From: a virus
Lineage: Duplodnaviria > Caudoviricetes
Strand: one strand, 5' to 3'
Virus record (IMG/VR): IMGVR_UViG_3300021254_000021
Span: 188,373 to 252,372 of that record
Length of the DNA stretch: 64,000 nucleotides
Positions 29,428 through 39,408 of the stretch are shown piece after piece. A program made the translations under genes and the position numbers. The notes beneath the pieces were generated by a model. It worked only from the letters and a program-made list of their open reading frames with translations. It searched no databases and was not told where the DNA came from. How positions within the stretch are numbered: the stretch's first letter is position 1; every line of letters starts with the position of its first letter.

Positions 29428-30219
29428 ATGATTAAAGAATCTATTATCCTTCCTTCACAGGGTTATCCTTACAATGGGAGACTGAATGGGACATCGGTAA
29501 CAGTCAGACCATTAACCACAAGAGTTTACAAAGACTTCTTAGTTAATCCTAATGAGGAAGGTGTTATACATCTTGTAGATTCCTGTCTTGTGGATTGTCC
29601 TATATCAGCAGAGGAATTAGTCTATCAGGATGAACTAGCCGTGTACCTTAAAATAAGGTCTATCTCTATGGGTAGTATGCTTCCTATATTCTCTGTATGT
29701 CCTAAGTGTAAAGAAAAGAATACAGATGATTGGGACATAATGAAACTGGAATGTTCCTACCTGTCTTTGGATGAATATCCTCTTACAGTAACTTTGCCTG
29801 ATGCTAAGAAAAAGATTAGGCTGAGTATGCCTACAAGTAAATCAGAAAAATTGGCTAAAGAGGAAGCACAAAAGCGAGCTACACGTTTTGAAAAGAAAGC
29901 GACTGAGTTTCTACCATCTTTTAAAATAGCTACCATTATGTCAGTAGATGGTATGAATGATTTAGTAGAGCGTGCAGAATGGTACAATTCTTTGTCATTA
30001 AAAGATGCCATCTATATTGACAAAGTATTGGATGCTATGCAGGACTTTGGTATCCATACCGACCGACTTACTACCTGTTCCTCTTGTGGGCATGAATACT
30101 CTGTACCGCTTCAAATAAACTCCGACTTTTTTCGCCCAGATGTGGGGAATATCACAGGAATTAAAACAGCGAAGGGAACTTTGGAAGAAGGTCCTTCAGA
30201 CACAACTGAGACTAAGTAA
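29428..30219 (+). CDS. baseplate hub assembly protein (T4 gp26-like)
   Basis: ILPSQG.PY, D..YL.IR..S.G, two CxxC, DFFRP. Confidence 0.65.
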   Translation: MIKESIILPSQGYPYNGRLNGTSVTVRPLTTRVYKDFLVNPNEEGVIHLVDSCLVDCPISAEELVYQDELAVYLKIRSISMGSMLPIFSVCPKCKEKNTDDWDIMKLECSYLSLDEYPLTVTLPDAKKKIRLSMPTSKSEKLAKEEAQKRATRFEKKATEFLPSFKIATIMSVDGMNDLVERAEWYNSLSLKDAIYIDKVLDAMQDFGIHTDRLTTCSSCGHEYSVPLQINSDFFRPDVGNITGIKTAKGTLEEGPSDTTETK

Positions 30220-30388
30220 AATAGCACATATATCTATTACAGAGACAGATGCTATGGATTTATTAGAGGAACGTGAACTCGTTTTACTCTTAGTAAAAGA
30301 CTTAAATAATGAAAATGATAATGTGAATTTAGACACATTGGAGATGCAGGATGAACATAAAAAAGAAGATACAGGAGTTCATGGATAG
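30140..30388 (+). CDS. small protein (baseplate/tail assembly chaperone-like)
   Basis: overlaps the gp26-like gene; M...ER..L pattern. Confidence 0.45.
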   Translation: MWGISQELKQRRELWKKVLQTQLRLSKIAHISITETDAMDLLEERELVLLLVKDLNNENDNVNLDTLEMQDEHKKEDTGVHG

Positions 30389-30986
30389 CACACAGCCTTT
30401 ATCCCAGTTAGAGGAAATCATAAAGGCGGGTGATTTTCCTAAGATGAAGTTCTCTGATTTAGAGACATTCTGTAATACCCTTTTTTCTACGAACAAATAC
30501 CAGTTATTGAAGTTACTAAACTCTTATTATTCAAAACTGGTAGGTTCGACATCCATGCAGTTTTTTCATTTAAAGGTTCTTACTAATAACCCTTCTGGAT
30601 CATGTCGAGACATGATCCAGAATTACAAGTGTATCTTTAGTTATAATAGGTATATTGATTGTTCTGGTTTATTGTCAGAATGGTCGCCAACAGAATCCTA
30701 TTTTCCTCTATTGGTTTATATCCATCAGTCAAACCCAGATATACCAATAGATTACACTTACTGGCTAAAGAGGTTTTCTGAGTTACCTACAGCTTTAAAG
30801 TTCCTAAAGGATAATTCAATACCCATAGAGTTTACTGAGAAGGATGATTTAAAGGAGCTGTATAAAACAATTCCAGAGCAGTACATAAAAGACTTTTTAG
30901 ACCTATTAGGTACAAAGTCATGGTACATAGATGTAATTAAAGACACAGACCATTTCTTAGAAGAAATAGAGGAATGGGAAAGTTAG
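30351..30986 (+). CDS. hypothetical protein
   Basis: 211-aa ORF. Confidence 0.65.
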   Translation: MNIKKKIQEFMDSTQPLSQLEEIIKAGDFPKMKFSDLETFCNTLFSTNKYQLLKLLNSYYSKLVGSTSMQFFHLKVLTNNPSGSCRDMIQNYKCIFSYNRYIDCSGLLSEWSPTESYFPLLVYIHQSNPDIPIDYTYWLKRFSELPTALKFLKDNSIPIEFTEKDDLKELYKTIPEQYIKDFLDLLGTKSWYIDVIKDTDHFLEEIEEWES

Positions 30987-31042
30987 AGCCCCGCCCTATT
31001 GGGGCTTTTCTTTTATTTAGAATTAAGTCAAGGAGACTGATA

Positions 31043-31573
31043 ATGATTTGGAGAGAATCAGTACAGGTTGGTTTAGTGTTTGGTACATTGTTAATGCGGG
31101 CAAACAATGATAAGGTTTATCCTAAATCTATCTCAAACACCCTTTTAAAAAACCGTCTTTATTTACTTTCTATCGGGGATGAGGAAGATGAAGAAACGTT
31201 TTGGATTAAAGGTAGGGAATTGGCAACTCTGTATGCAGACCAAAAAGGTTTTAGAGTTTTGGCTGATTCACCTTTAGGTAGTTTAATCTCGAATGTGATT
31301 AAAGAGGAAGATGCAGAAGCGCTAAACAAATACAGCTCGGATCCTTATCGTAATGTGGATGATCTTTCCTTCCATCACCCTAAGATGTCAGACAGACTGT
31401 TTTTAAACACCTTAAAAGAAACGGTGTTTCCGACAATGGATGCATTATTTGATTTTGTTAAGCCTTTATGTAAAGCAATAACCATGTATCGTATTCACAC
31501 TTCCCCGATCCCATACTACCTAGAGGAAGTAAAAAGTTATTGCACGTCTAGTACCAATAATGTATCGTTTTAG
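31043..31573 (+). CDS. hypothetical protein, paralog of 17772-18305
   Basis: RBS AGGAG; paralogy. Confidence 0.75.
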   Translation: MIWRESVQVGLVFGTLLMRANNDKVYPKSISNTLLKNRLYLLSIGDEEDEETFWIKGRELATLYADQKGFRVLADSPLGSLISNVIKEEDAEALNKYSSDPYRNVDDLSFHHPKMSDRLFLNTLKETVFPTMDALFDFVKPLCKAITMYRIHTSPIPYYLEEVKSYCTSSTNNVSF

Positions 31574-31651
31574 GGGATTGAATTAATCCTTCAATCCCCC
31601 TGAGATCAATTTTACAGAAATTTTTAACCAACTTTTAAAAAGGAGTTGACC

Positions 31652-32476
31652 ATGTGCGGACTTACAGGAATCATTTTTGGTAAACATTCACGTTCATTTG
31701 ATGACTATGAGGAATTGAAGGAAATCTTTACTTCAATGTTTATCCTCTCTGAGCAAAGAGGCCGTCATGCCTCTGGTTTGGCTACACTGGATACCACAGG
31801 TAAAACACACCTTTACAAACTTCCTGTCCCACCAACTAGAATGGTTAATTTAGCAGGGTTTAATAAAATCCTTAATACGGTAAACAATAAAACAACTCTC
31901 TTAATTGGCCATTCCAGATGGAAAACGGTTGGGTCTGAGTATAACAATAATAACAATCAGCCAATTATTTCTGGATCAATCTTGGGTACACACAATGGGA
32001 CAATCTCTAATGCCACAGCTCTTTTTGCTCGTTATCAGCTAAAGAGATTGGCCGAGGTTGACTCCGAAGTTCTTTTCCGTATGGCAGATGCTTCTTTACA
32101 GGAAGGAACATTAAACACTGTGACCTACAAGAATTACTTGGCAGAGTGTCAAGGTGATCTTTCATGTGTCTTTGCCTCTAAGGCAGACCCAAAGTGTGTG
32201 TACTTATTTAAAGGATCTAAACCACTATTCCTCTATTACAATCCTCGTTTGCAGGTAATTATTTATTCATCTAATGATGCTTACATTGATGCTTCAATCG
32301 TGGATTCAGATGGTTGGTTTCCTTTAAAGATGCCCGAAAACAGAATGTATCAGACTTGCTTTGACGACTTTAAAAATGTTGTCTCTGACTCATTTACCTT
32401 TATGCGTAATCAGCCTATAAGCAATTACGTCAAAAAGAAAAGTAAACCACAGCGTTCCCTCTTTGTTGAATATTAG
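31652..32476 (+). CDS. class II (Ntn) glutamine amidotransferase
   Basis: N-terminal MCG, RG..ASG, GHSR..T.G, N.QP, HNGTI.N, DSE. Confidence 0.9.
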   Translation: MCGLTGIIFGKHSRSFDDYEELKEIFTSMFILSEQRGRHASGLATLDTTGKTHLYKLPVPPTRMVNLAGFNKILNTVNNKTTLLIGHSRWKTVGSEYNNNNNQPIISGSILGTHNGTISNATALFARYQLKRLAEVDSEVLFRMADASLQEGTLNTVTYKNYLAECQGDLSCVFASKADPKCVYLFKGSKPLFLYYNPRLQVIIYSSNDAYIDASIVDSDGWFPLKMPENRMYQTCFDDFKNVVSDSFTFMRNQPISNYVKKKSKPQRSLFVEY

Positions 32477-32545
32477 GGGATAGAGAATTTAACTTAATTC
32501 CCCTCGAACCAATTTTACAAAAATCTTTCACAAAAGGAGTTGAAG

Positions 32546-33127
32546 ATGAGGACATTAAACGTGTTTGTTTATGGTACATTGATGAGCGGTTTTAGAGCTA
32601 ACTCTTTTATCCCAGAAGGATCAAAGATGCTTAAAGGAAGGATAGCAGGTAATCTTTACCACTATGCGGCAGGATTCCCCATTGTTGAAATTCTTAAACA
32701 TTCCCAGTCCGTCAGAGGCACACGAAATTACTCACTTGACATTGATGTGCAGGACAGCTTAAATCGTAATGAACCTGAATGCTTGCCGTTTGATTTAAAC
32801 TATGGCCGTGTGCATGGTGAACTTTATATGATTCCTTGTGAAGATGAGGAAACAGTATTGGACACTTTAGATAGCTATGAGGGATTTACCCCAGAGTCCG
32901 ACTATAATCTTTATAACCGTACTTTAGTCCCAGTAGAGACAGAGGAAGGAATTATTTGGGCTTGGATTTACAATATGGAAACAATCCCAAATGCCACCGT
33001 TCAAATTCTCTCTGGTAATTGGCGTGACTGCTTCTACTCTAATCGTGGTGGTTTACGTCCAGAGGTAAACAGAGCTATCCAAAAGAAAACCTTGTTTACA
33101 GAGGATAGTGATGAATATGACTTTTAA
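32546..33127 (+). CDS. gamma-glutamylcyclotransferase (GGCT/AIG2-like)
   Basis: VFVYGTLM.G, V.GELY, LD.YEG, Y.R, AW.Y. Confidence 0.9.
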   Translation: MRTLNVFVYGTLMSGFRANSFIPEGSKMLKGRIAGNLYHYAAGFPIVEILKHSQSVRGTRNYSLDIDVQDSLNRNEPECLPFDLNYGRVHGELYMIPCEDEETVLDTLDSYEGFTPESDYNLYNRTLVPVETEEGIIWAWIYNMETIPNATVQILSGNWRDCFYSNRGGLRPEVNRAIQKKTLFTEDSDEYDF

Positions 33128-33281
33128 GTGTGTCACCTAAATGAAAAGATCAAAAAGTTAAATTAAGGTATAGAGGCTCTGCTAAGATTTAGCAGAGCCT
33201 CTTCTTTTAAGGGGATGAAAAAGTTAAATTAAATCCCCTCGAACCAACTTTACAAAAATCTTTGACCAAAAGGAGTTAGCT

Positions 33282-33731
33282 ATGACTATGAATGAAACAT
33301 TGAAACAGGCGATTGCAGGATTTGTTGCTCTTAATGGTGCTTCCTTAAATTCAGAGGAAGGTGAACAATGGGCAAGTGAGTATGGCTTAGATGTTTCTGA
33401 CTATAGCAATAAAGAAGAAATCTCATCCTTCTTTAAGGCTATTACATCCTTTGACAAGGATGATAAGTACATCTCACAAGATTTCCTTATCCGTAATTGT
33501 CCCGTAGTTACTCCAGATTCCTATTATGTTTCCCTATTTAAGAAGTTTGAGATTAAGCGAGTGGTTATGACAACGGAAACAAAATCTTGCTTAATTTCAT
33601 CCCTTATGGTTAATGGCTATAAGGCAGAGTCCGTTAAGATTGAACTCACAAAGTCTTGGGGAGAGGATAATTATTGGGCTGATCGAAATAAAGCTCAATA
33701 CGGACATGGTATTCTGCTGACAATCGACTAA
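33282..33731 (+). CDS. hypothetical protein
   Basis: behind repeat element + RBS. Confidence 0.7.
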   Translation: MTMNETLKQAIAGFVALNGASLNSEEGEQWASEYGLDVSDYSNKEEISSFFKAITSFDKDDKYISQDFLIRNCPVVTPDSYYVSLFKKFEIKRVVMTTETKSCLISSLMVNGYKAESVKIELTKSWGEDNYWADRNKAQYGHGILLTID

Positions 33732-33811
33732 CCCATTAAGGGGATGGGGAATTAAGTTAAATTCCCCTGACACTAAATTTACAAAAATCTTTGACCAAAA
33801 GGAGTTTAGTT

Positions 33812-34153
33812 ATGGCACAGTTCAAAACACAGGCTCAGTTAGTTTCTGCTCTCCGTGAACAGCTCTCCACCAATACTTCACAAGCTCTGAAAGCTCTGGT
33901 TTTCCTGTTTAATCGTCAAACAGAAGATGAGAAATTACATGAGCATACCAAGTACTTTAACACTGTTGGCTTCAATCACAATGATGCCAAGCGGCTTACA
34001 GCAATGGCCAAACAGTATTTGGCCACGGGACATCTCACCTCTTATCAGATGGTTGTTTTAATGAGGCTCGTTCCTAAGTATGCCCGTCAACTTATCCTTC
34101 ATTCCTTAGCCACAGGGAAAATCCGAAAGGAAAATGGGTATTATGTGTGGTAG
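33812..34153 (+). CDS. hypothetical phage protein
   Basis: RQT.DE...T...N.VGF...DA..L...KYARQL pattern. Confidence 0.7.
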   Translation: MAQFKTQAQLVSALREQLSTNTSQALKALVFLFNRQTEDEKLHEHTKYFNTVGFNHNDAKRLTAMAKQYLATGHLTSYQMVVLMRLVPKYARQLILHSLATGKIRKENGYYVW

Positions 34154-34345
34154 TTAGAGGGAAGGAAATTCCTTCCCTTTTCCCCTCACACCAAATTTAC
34201 AAAAATTTCTCTTAAAAAGTTTCAACTTTTACCCTAGCGGTTATTCGTTGGGGTGATGGTTAAAGCCTTTTAAGGGGATAGAGTTAATTCCTTAAATCCC
34301 CTCGAACCAATTTTACAAAAATTTCTTTTCCAAAAGGAGATAGTT

Positions 34346-35680
34346 ATGCCTAGTTATGTTCGTATCGTTCATCGTGGTCGTGGTTTTAACGTTCGTGTAG
34401 AGCTTCCTGATGGTAGCACTCGTTTGGTCAATGTGAATGATCTTCAAAACTGGACACAGGTTGAGCGTAATGCGGATGCTACTCCCTTTGTTCGTACACG
34501 TCACACAGCTTCTTCTGCCCATGAAGCTGTAGAATCGGCCCCGGCAGAACGTAACTACATTCGTATCCTTCATAGAGGCCGTGGCCATCATGTCCGTTTG
34601 CTTCTGCCTGATGGTACAACTTACTTAGCTAGAACGGAAGATTTGCCCAACTGGACTTATGTGGGTGATACCAATGCTGAAATTCCCACATTGGAAAGAG
34701 CTAATATAAGTCACGGTTTTGTCAATCCGACAAACCAAGCGGATCGTATCTATGACAGCATTACCCGTCATGGTTCTCGTAACACTACCGTTCAATTGCA
34801 GAATGGTGAACGGGTACACGTTCCCAATGAGCTTATGAGTACATGGCTTCGTCGTGGCTCAAGTGCTTATGTGGATTGGGATGAATCAAATAATTATCCC
34901 AATGGCCGTGAAATGAGACACCTCACTTTTGGTGTTGAGTTGGAATTTGTTGCTAATCCTGACAAATTCGATCAATTCTGTGATGCTATGATTCAAGCTG
35001 TTGGTAGCACTAAATTCTCCCGTCCTAATCCTAACAGCCTCACTTATGGTCAATCCTCTACAACCAAATGGGTATTGGGTTATGATGGCTCTGTCCGTTC
35101 TACTCGTCCCCGTGAATACAAACGTGGTTATGAGCTGACTAGCCCAATTCTGAAATTTGATGAAGCGTCAAAACAGGAATTGGCAACGGTATTACACCTA
35201 ATTACCACAATCTTTGAAGGTATTGTCAATAAGACTTGCGGTACTCATGTTCATGTTGGCAATTTCACTCGTATTCAAAACACCTATGAGTTCCGTAATA
35301 AGGTTTTGAATTTCCAAAAGAATTACGGTGCTTTTGAGGAAAAGGTGTTTGATCGTCTGGTTTCCCCGTCCCGTAAAGGCAATAACAACCATTACTGCAA
35401 ATCGTGCAATACCAATTACATTGATGGTCGTTATTACAAAATGAATGCTCAAAACATCTTTGGTTTTGGCACTCTGGAAAATAGACAGCACCAAGGCACG
35501 TTGGAAGTCAAAAAGATTTGGTCATGGATGGAGCTTAATGGCAAATACATGATTAAATATTTCAAAAATCCTTCCAACTTCTGCGATACTTACCTGTCAA
35601 TGGAAGAGTTCTTTGAAAAGATTGAACTTTCCAATGAGGCACAGCAGTTCTTCTTTAGCCGTGATGCCGAGCTGAACTAA
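34346..35680 (+). CDS. putative amidoligase (COOH-NH2 ligase) with N-terminal repeats
   Basis: TFGVELEF, DGSV, ELTSP, CGTHVH, RY, TLENRQH.GT. Confidence 0.85.
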   Translation: MPSYVRIVHRGRGFNVRVELPDGSTRLVNVNDLQNWTQVERNADATPFVRTRHTASSAHEAVESAPAERNYIRILHRGRGHHVRLLLPDGTTYLARTEDLPNWTYVGDTNAEIPTLERANISHGFVNPTNQADRIYDSITRHGSRNTTVQLQNGERVHVPNELMSTWLRRGSSAYVDWDESNNYPNGREMRHLTFGVELEFVANPDKFDQFCDAMIQAVGSTKFSRPNPNSLTYGQSSTTKWVLGYDGSVRSTRPREYKRGYELTSPILKFDEASKQELATVLHLITTIFEGIVNKTCGTHVHVGNFTRIQNTYEFRNKVLNFQKNYGAFEEKVFDRLVSPSRKGNNNHYCKSCNTNYIDGRYYKMNAQNIFGFGTLENRQHQGTLEVKKIWSWMELNGKYMIKYFKNPSNFCDTYLSMEEFFEKIELSNEAQQFFFSRDAELN

Positions 35681-35741
35681 GCGTGTGAGGGGTTACAAAC
35701 CCCTCTTTAAATAACTTACTTTAAATCATAAGGAGAGAGTT

Positions 35742-36107
35742 ATGAAGATTCCACAGAGAGAAGCAGAGATTATTAAACATGCCTACTGTCACCTACATGA
35801 TGCCTACCATAACATTCAATGCCTTTATTCATTCCTAAAAAAGGAATATCCCAAAGAGGCAACTATTGAATACACTGTGCTATTAAATGGTCTTTTGCGG
35901 ATGCAGGAAATAGAGGCTATTATGAATGTAACGTTAAATTATCCTGTCTTTGGTAAAGAGATAGAAATGACGGATAAAGACCGTTTAAGAGATTTACTGC
36001 ATAATACTTTGGGTGTAAATGCTTATGGTTACTTAGATCCAAATGCAGGAGATGATGTCCCTGATTGTGTTTCCTTAGACTTACACCTGTACGAAATGCA
36101 CTTTTAA
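35742..36107 (+). CDS. hypothetical protein
   Basis: strong RBS. Confidence 0.65.
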   Translation: MKIPQREAEIIKHAYCHLHDAYHNIQCLYSFLKKEYPKEATIEYTVLLNGLLRMQEIEAIMNVTLNYPVFGKEIEMTDKDRLRDLLHNTLGVNAYGYLDPNAGDDVPDCVSLDLHLYEMHF

Positions 36108-36154
36108 TTTAATTCCCCCCATGTATGGGGGGACACTACATACATGGAGCAAGT

Positions 36155-36476
36155 GTCAACTACCAACCCGCTAAAGCGGGTTGGCTTGTAACTGACCTGT
36201 AGCTCTTGATCGAGTTTTTGAGACTCTACTACGTTTTTTACCAATCTTCTTTTCAGTAGATTGGCTGTCGTTACATCGTGGGGTGATTGACTGCACCCCG
36301 TAGGCTTAAAACATGTTTAAGACCCACTTAAACTTGAATCTTGGTGTTTAAGTTTAGAGAGTGCCTTCAGTCCAAGTACCAAACGGTTTTCTCCCTAAAT
36401 AAATTTTTTACTTGACTTAAAGATTTAAGTCAAGTTTTTACATTCCTCTCACGTGGCTAAAGTCATGTGGGTTTTC
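36155..36476 (-). mobile_element. non-autonomous IS200/IS605 derivative (no ORF), probably retaining a TnpB omega/reRNA scaffold
   Basis: GTCAACTACC-AACCCGCTAAAGCGGGTT end and CATTCC-TCTCACGTGGCTAAAGTCATGTGGG end; internal hairpins. Confidence 0.65.
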
Positions 36477-36489
36477 AACGAGGGTTCTT

Positions 36490-37377
36490 ATGAAGCAGAA
36501 CGTTGAGTATACACTGGTCAATGAAGAAAACTTTTCCACTGTAATAAGCCATCTTAAATCAGTAGATGGCATAATGGGCTTTGACACAGAGACAAACAAA
36601 GATGGGTCAATCCACTTCATTCAACTCTATTCCCCAGTATCTAATCAAACCTTTATCTTTAATGGGGATGATCCTCAAATAAAACTCTTACTGGATATAT
36701 GGGAAAGTATTAACGTTGTTGGGCACAATGTTCAATTCGACTTAGCCAACTGTTTAAAGCAATATGGAAGTTATCCAAACCCTGTTGCCGACACCTTTTT
36801 ATTAGCCTGTTCCTTACAGGAAGATCAAAAAGGATTAAAGCCACTGTGTAACCAATTCTTTGGTTTCCCTATAACCACTTGGGAAAGTCTTTTTAATGAC
36901 TATGACTATTCTGATATGACTGGCGAAAAATGGCACTATGTAGCAAATGATCCTTATTACACTTACTTATTATTTGAACATTACAAGCAGTTAGGTGCTT
37001 ACCGTTTTGTTAAAAAGGTACATGAGATAGACATAAAGGCGATGATTCAATACATGGAAGCCTCTGTACTAGGTTTGCAGATTGATCAAGAGAAATTTGC
37101 ACAATATCTTGAGCAATATACCAACCAAGTGAATGACTTACAGACCAAGTTAAATGAGTATGCAGGATGGGAAGTGCGAACAACATCCACCAAAGATCTA
37201 AAGAAATTATTGTTTGAACAACTAGAGCTACCCACACCACCCATTACCACAGAAAAGGGGGAAGTGAGTGTTTCCAAAGAAGCTCTTAGCTATGTACCTG
37301 ATAAGGATGGTGTTATCACACTTATCACCCAGATTAAAGAATCCCGTTCGGTCTTAGCCTCCATGAAGAATCTTTAG
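36490..37377 (+). CDS. polA: family A DNA polymerase, N-terminal part (3'-5' exonuclease + thumb)
   Basis: ExoI GFDTET, ExoII GHNVQFD, ExoIII YVAND, thumb S.KDLKKLLFEQL.LP...T.KG..S. Confidence 0.9.
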   Translation: MKQNVEYTLVNEENFSTVISHLKSVDGIMGFDTETNKDGSIHFIQLYSPVSNQTFIFNGDDPQIKLLLDIWESINVVGHNVQFDLANCLKQYGSYPNPVADTFLLACSLQEDQKGLKPLCNQFFGFPITTWESLFNDYDYSDMTGEKWHYVANDPYYTYLLFEHYKQLGAYRFVKKVHEIDIKAMIQYMEASVLGLQIDQEKFAQYLEQYTNQVNDLQTKLNEYAGWEVRTTSTKDLKKLLFEQLELPTPPITTEKGEVSVSKEALSYVPDKDGVITLITQIKESRSVLASMKNL

Positions 37378-37468
37378 GGGATAAAGTTAAATCCTTAAAT
37401 CCCCTGACACCAACTTTATAAAAATTTTCCCCCTAAATGGGGATGTCTCCCTTTAAAGGAATTGAAAC

Positions 37469-37729
37469 ATGACAAAAAGCCTAAACGTTGAAATCTTTAA
37501 TAACAACACTTTCCTTCAGTGGTTTCCTGCTACATCCATTAAAGATGTACTGAGCTTTATTGCTAGGTATGAAAAGATAGAGCGTATGTCTGACATTAAA
37601 CTTTCTTATCTGGTTTTTCAGCAATCGAACAATGGTAGGTATAAAGGTCTTTCTGGCCGTTACACAAAAGTGTGTAGCATTCATGCTACGGGTAACGAGA
37701 AACCCAAATTCTTTGATTTGATTCAGTAG
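37469..37729 (+). CDS. hypothetical protein
   Basis: RBS AAGGA; behind repeat element. Confidence 0.6.
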   Translation: MTKSLNVEIFNNNTFLQWFPATSIKDVLSFIARYEKIERMSDIKLSYLVFQQSNNGRYKGLSGRYTKVCSIHATGNEKPKFFDLIQ

Positions 37730-37816
37730 AGACCATTAAGGGGATAAAGTTAATTCCTTAAATCCCCTGAGACCAATTTTACAAAAATCTTTAACCAACT
37801 TTAAAGGAGAAAAAAC

Positions 37817-37975
37817 ATGACAGTAAAAGAGTTGATTGAAATCTTAAAAACATTTAACGAAGATTATGAAGTTGTTGGGCCATGTAAAGATGGTTCTGAA
37901 TGGATTCAATGTGAAATGTGTGAATCTGATTTTACACAGGATGACAACGAAAAGGTAATGTACATTTCAAAATAG
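37817..37975 (+). CDS. small hypothetical protein (52 aa, MTVKELIEILK...)
   Basis: read from sequence; strong RBS AAGGAG; below ORF-track cutoff. Confidence 0.7.
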   Translation: MTVKELIEILKTFNEDYEVVGPCKDGSEWIQCEMCESDFTQDDNEKVMYISK

Positions 37976-38036
37976 TCAACTGTAAACTATTTATTGGATG
38001 GAAACATTCCATCCAATAAATCAAAAGGAGAAAAAC

Positions 38037-39032
38037 ATGAGTAACAACAGTAATTCCAACATCTACCTCAACCTTGACATCCTTCGTTTTATGCCACCTT
38101 GCAGGACTAATCGGGATGAAAATAACCGTCCAAAAACTATTATAATAAATGGCGGAGAACGTCTTTTCATTTCATCACAATGTATTAAATCCTGTCTTAG
38201 AAGTCAATTCGGCCTTCAGATGGATGTAGATAAAGACAAACTTATTGAAGATATAAAGGAATGTAATAAAGAGTATAAAGAGGAAGACTTACAAAAGAGT
38301 TTTTACCTCTCAGAAAGTTTTGTGAAAGATCTTATTAAAAGTAAAGATAAGGGTGGAGATAATGTTGTATTATTTATGTCCTTTAAGGAATTAGTCGAAA
38401 CATATAAAGCTAAAAAATTAATTTGGTGTAAGAAATTTCCTGCCATAGACATTTTTGGAAGAATGTATGCTTCTGATGAAGATGCTAAAACGGAGGCTGT
38501 TTCTCAAATAGCTCCTGCATACTCTGTCCAAGATGTTACTGTATTAGTTGATTTATGGGTTTGCCGTAACTCTTTGACAGATAAGAAAGGGTGTACAACT
38601 ATGGGTAATAATGAATTGTTATCTTCATTAGTTTACTTTAATGCGAATCTAAATCTATCCGAACTTCTTAATCGAGGATATTCTAAAGAGACAGTAATTT
38701 ACCTAGCTAAAACGTTTACAATGGGTATGTACACTTTGCGTCTTAATTCTGGTGTTTCTGGTACTTCTCATAACACCCTTCCATCTTATTGCCATATAAC
38801 AATAGGTAATGTCCTTCCATTAAATCATTCTTCTTTATTCTACACTTCCCCAGATAAGGATCATGTGATAGAGGAAAGTATTAGTAAGCTAAAGGAGAAA
38901 ATTGAGAAGGATAATAATGCGTTAAAGGCAATCAACTCATTCTATGGAAATCCAACGAGGATTGATTCCTTTGAGTTTAATCCAGATAACTTTACCTATT
39001 TACAAAACTCATTAAATTCAATGCTTGAATAA
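38037..39032 (+). CDS. cas7: type I-E Cascade backbone Cas7 (Cse4/CasC)
   Basis: PPCRTNRDENNRPKT...ISSQCIKS.LR, DIFGRMYA, EA..QIA.A.S. Confidence 0.92.
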   Translation: MSNNSNSNIYLNLDILRFMPPCRTNRDENNRPKTIIINGGERLFISSQCIKSCLRSQFGLQMDVDKDKLIEDIKECNKEYKEEDLQKSFYLSESFVKDLIKSKDKGGDNVVLFMSFKELVETYKAKKLIWCKKFPAIDIFGRMYASDEDAKTEAVSQIAPAYSVQDVTVLVDLWVCRNSLTDKKGCTTMGNNELLSSLVYFNANLNLSELLNRGYSKETVIYLAKTFTMGMYTLRLNSGVSGTSHNTLPSYCHITIGNVLPLNHSSLFYTSPDKDHVIEESISKLKEKIEKDNNALKAINSFYGNPTRIDSFEFNPDNFTYLQNSLNSMLE

Positions 39033-39067
39033 ATAGGAAACGTAGATTCTACCTAAGAAATTTTAGT
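39004..39067 (+). promoter_or_regulatory. CRISPR leader 1 (identical 64 bp to leader 3 at 41918-41981)
   Basis: AAAACTCATTAAATT...AGATTCTACCTAAGAAATTTTAGT abutting the first repeat. Confidence 0.85.
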
Positions 39068-39392
39068 GTAATTCCCCCATATAGGGGGATGTTCCTTTGG
39101 ATTCTCACTGAGTTTCCTTATGAAATCCGTAATTCCCCCATATAGGGGGATGTTCCCCTGCGGACAAACGCTTTGTGGTGCGTGTGCATTAGTAATTCCC
39201 CCATATAGGGGGGATGTTCCTATTATGGCTAGGACGGAAGCAATGTCCTTATAGTAATTCCCCCATATAGGGGGATGTTCCCAAGTTAGGTATGTGCTGT
39301 TTTCGTGGTAACAAGTAATTCCCCCATATAGGGGGATGTTCCTAGATTCTACCTAGATATTTTTAGTGTAATTCCCCCACACATAGGGGATC
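39068..39392 (+). CRISPR. CRISPR array 1 (type I-E), repeat GTAATTCCCCCATATAGGGGGATGTTCC
   Basis: repeats at 39068, 39129, 39192, 39254, 39315, degenerate 39368; spacers 33, 35, 33, 33, 25 nt. Confidence 0.97.
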
Positions 39393-39408
39393 TTTATTTG
39401 GAGGTTAT

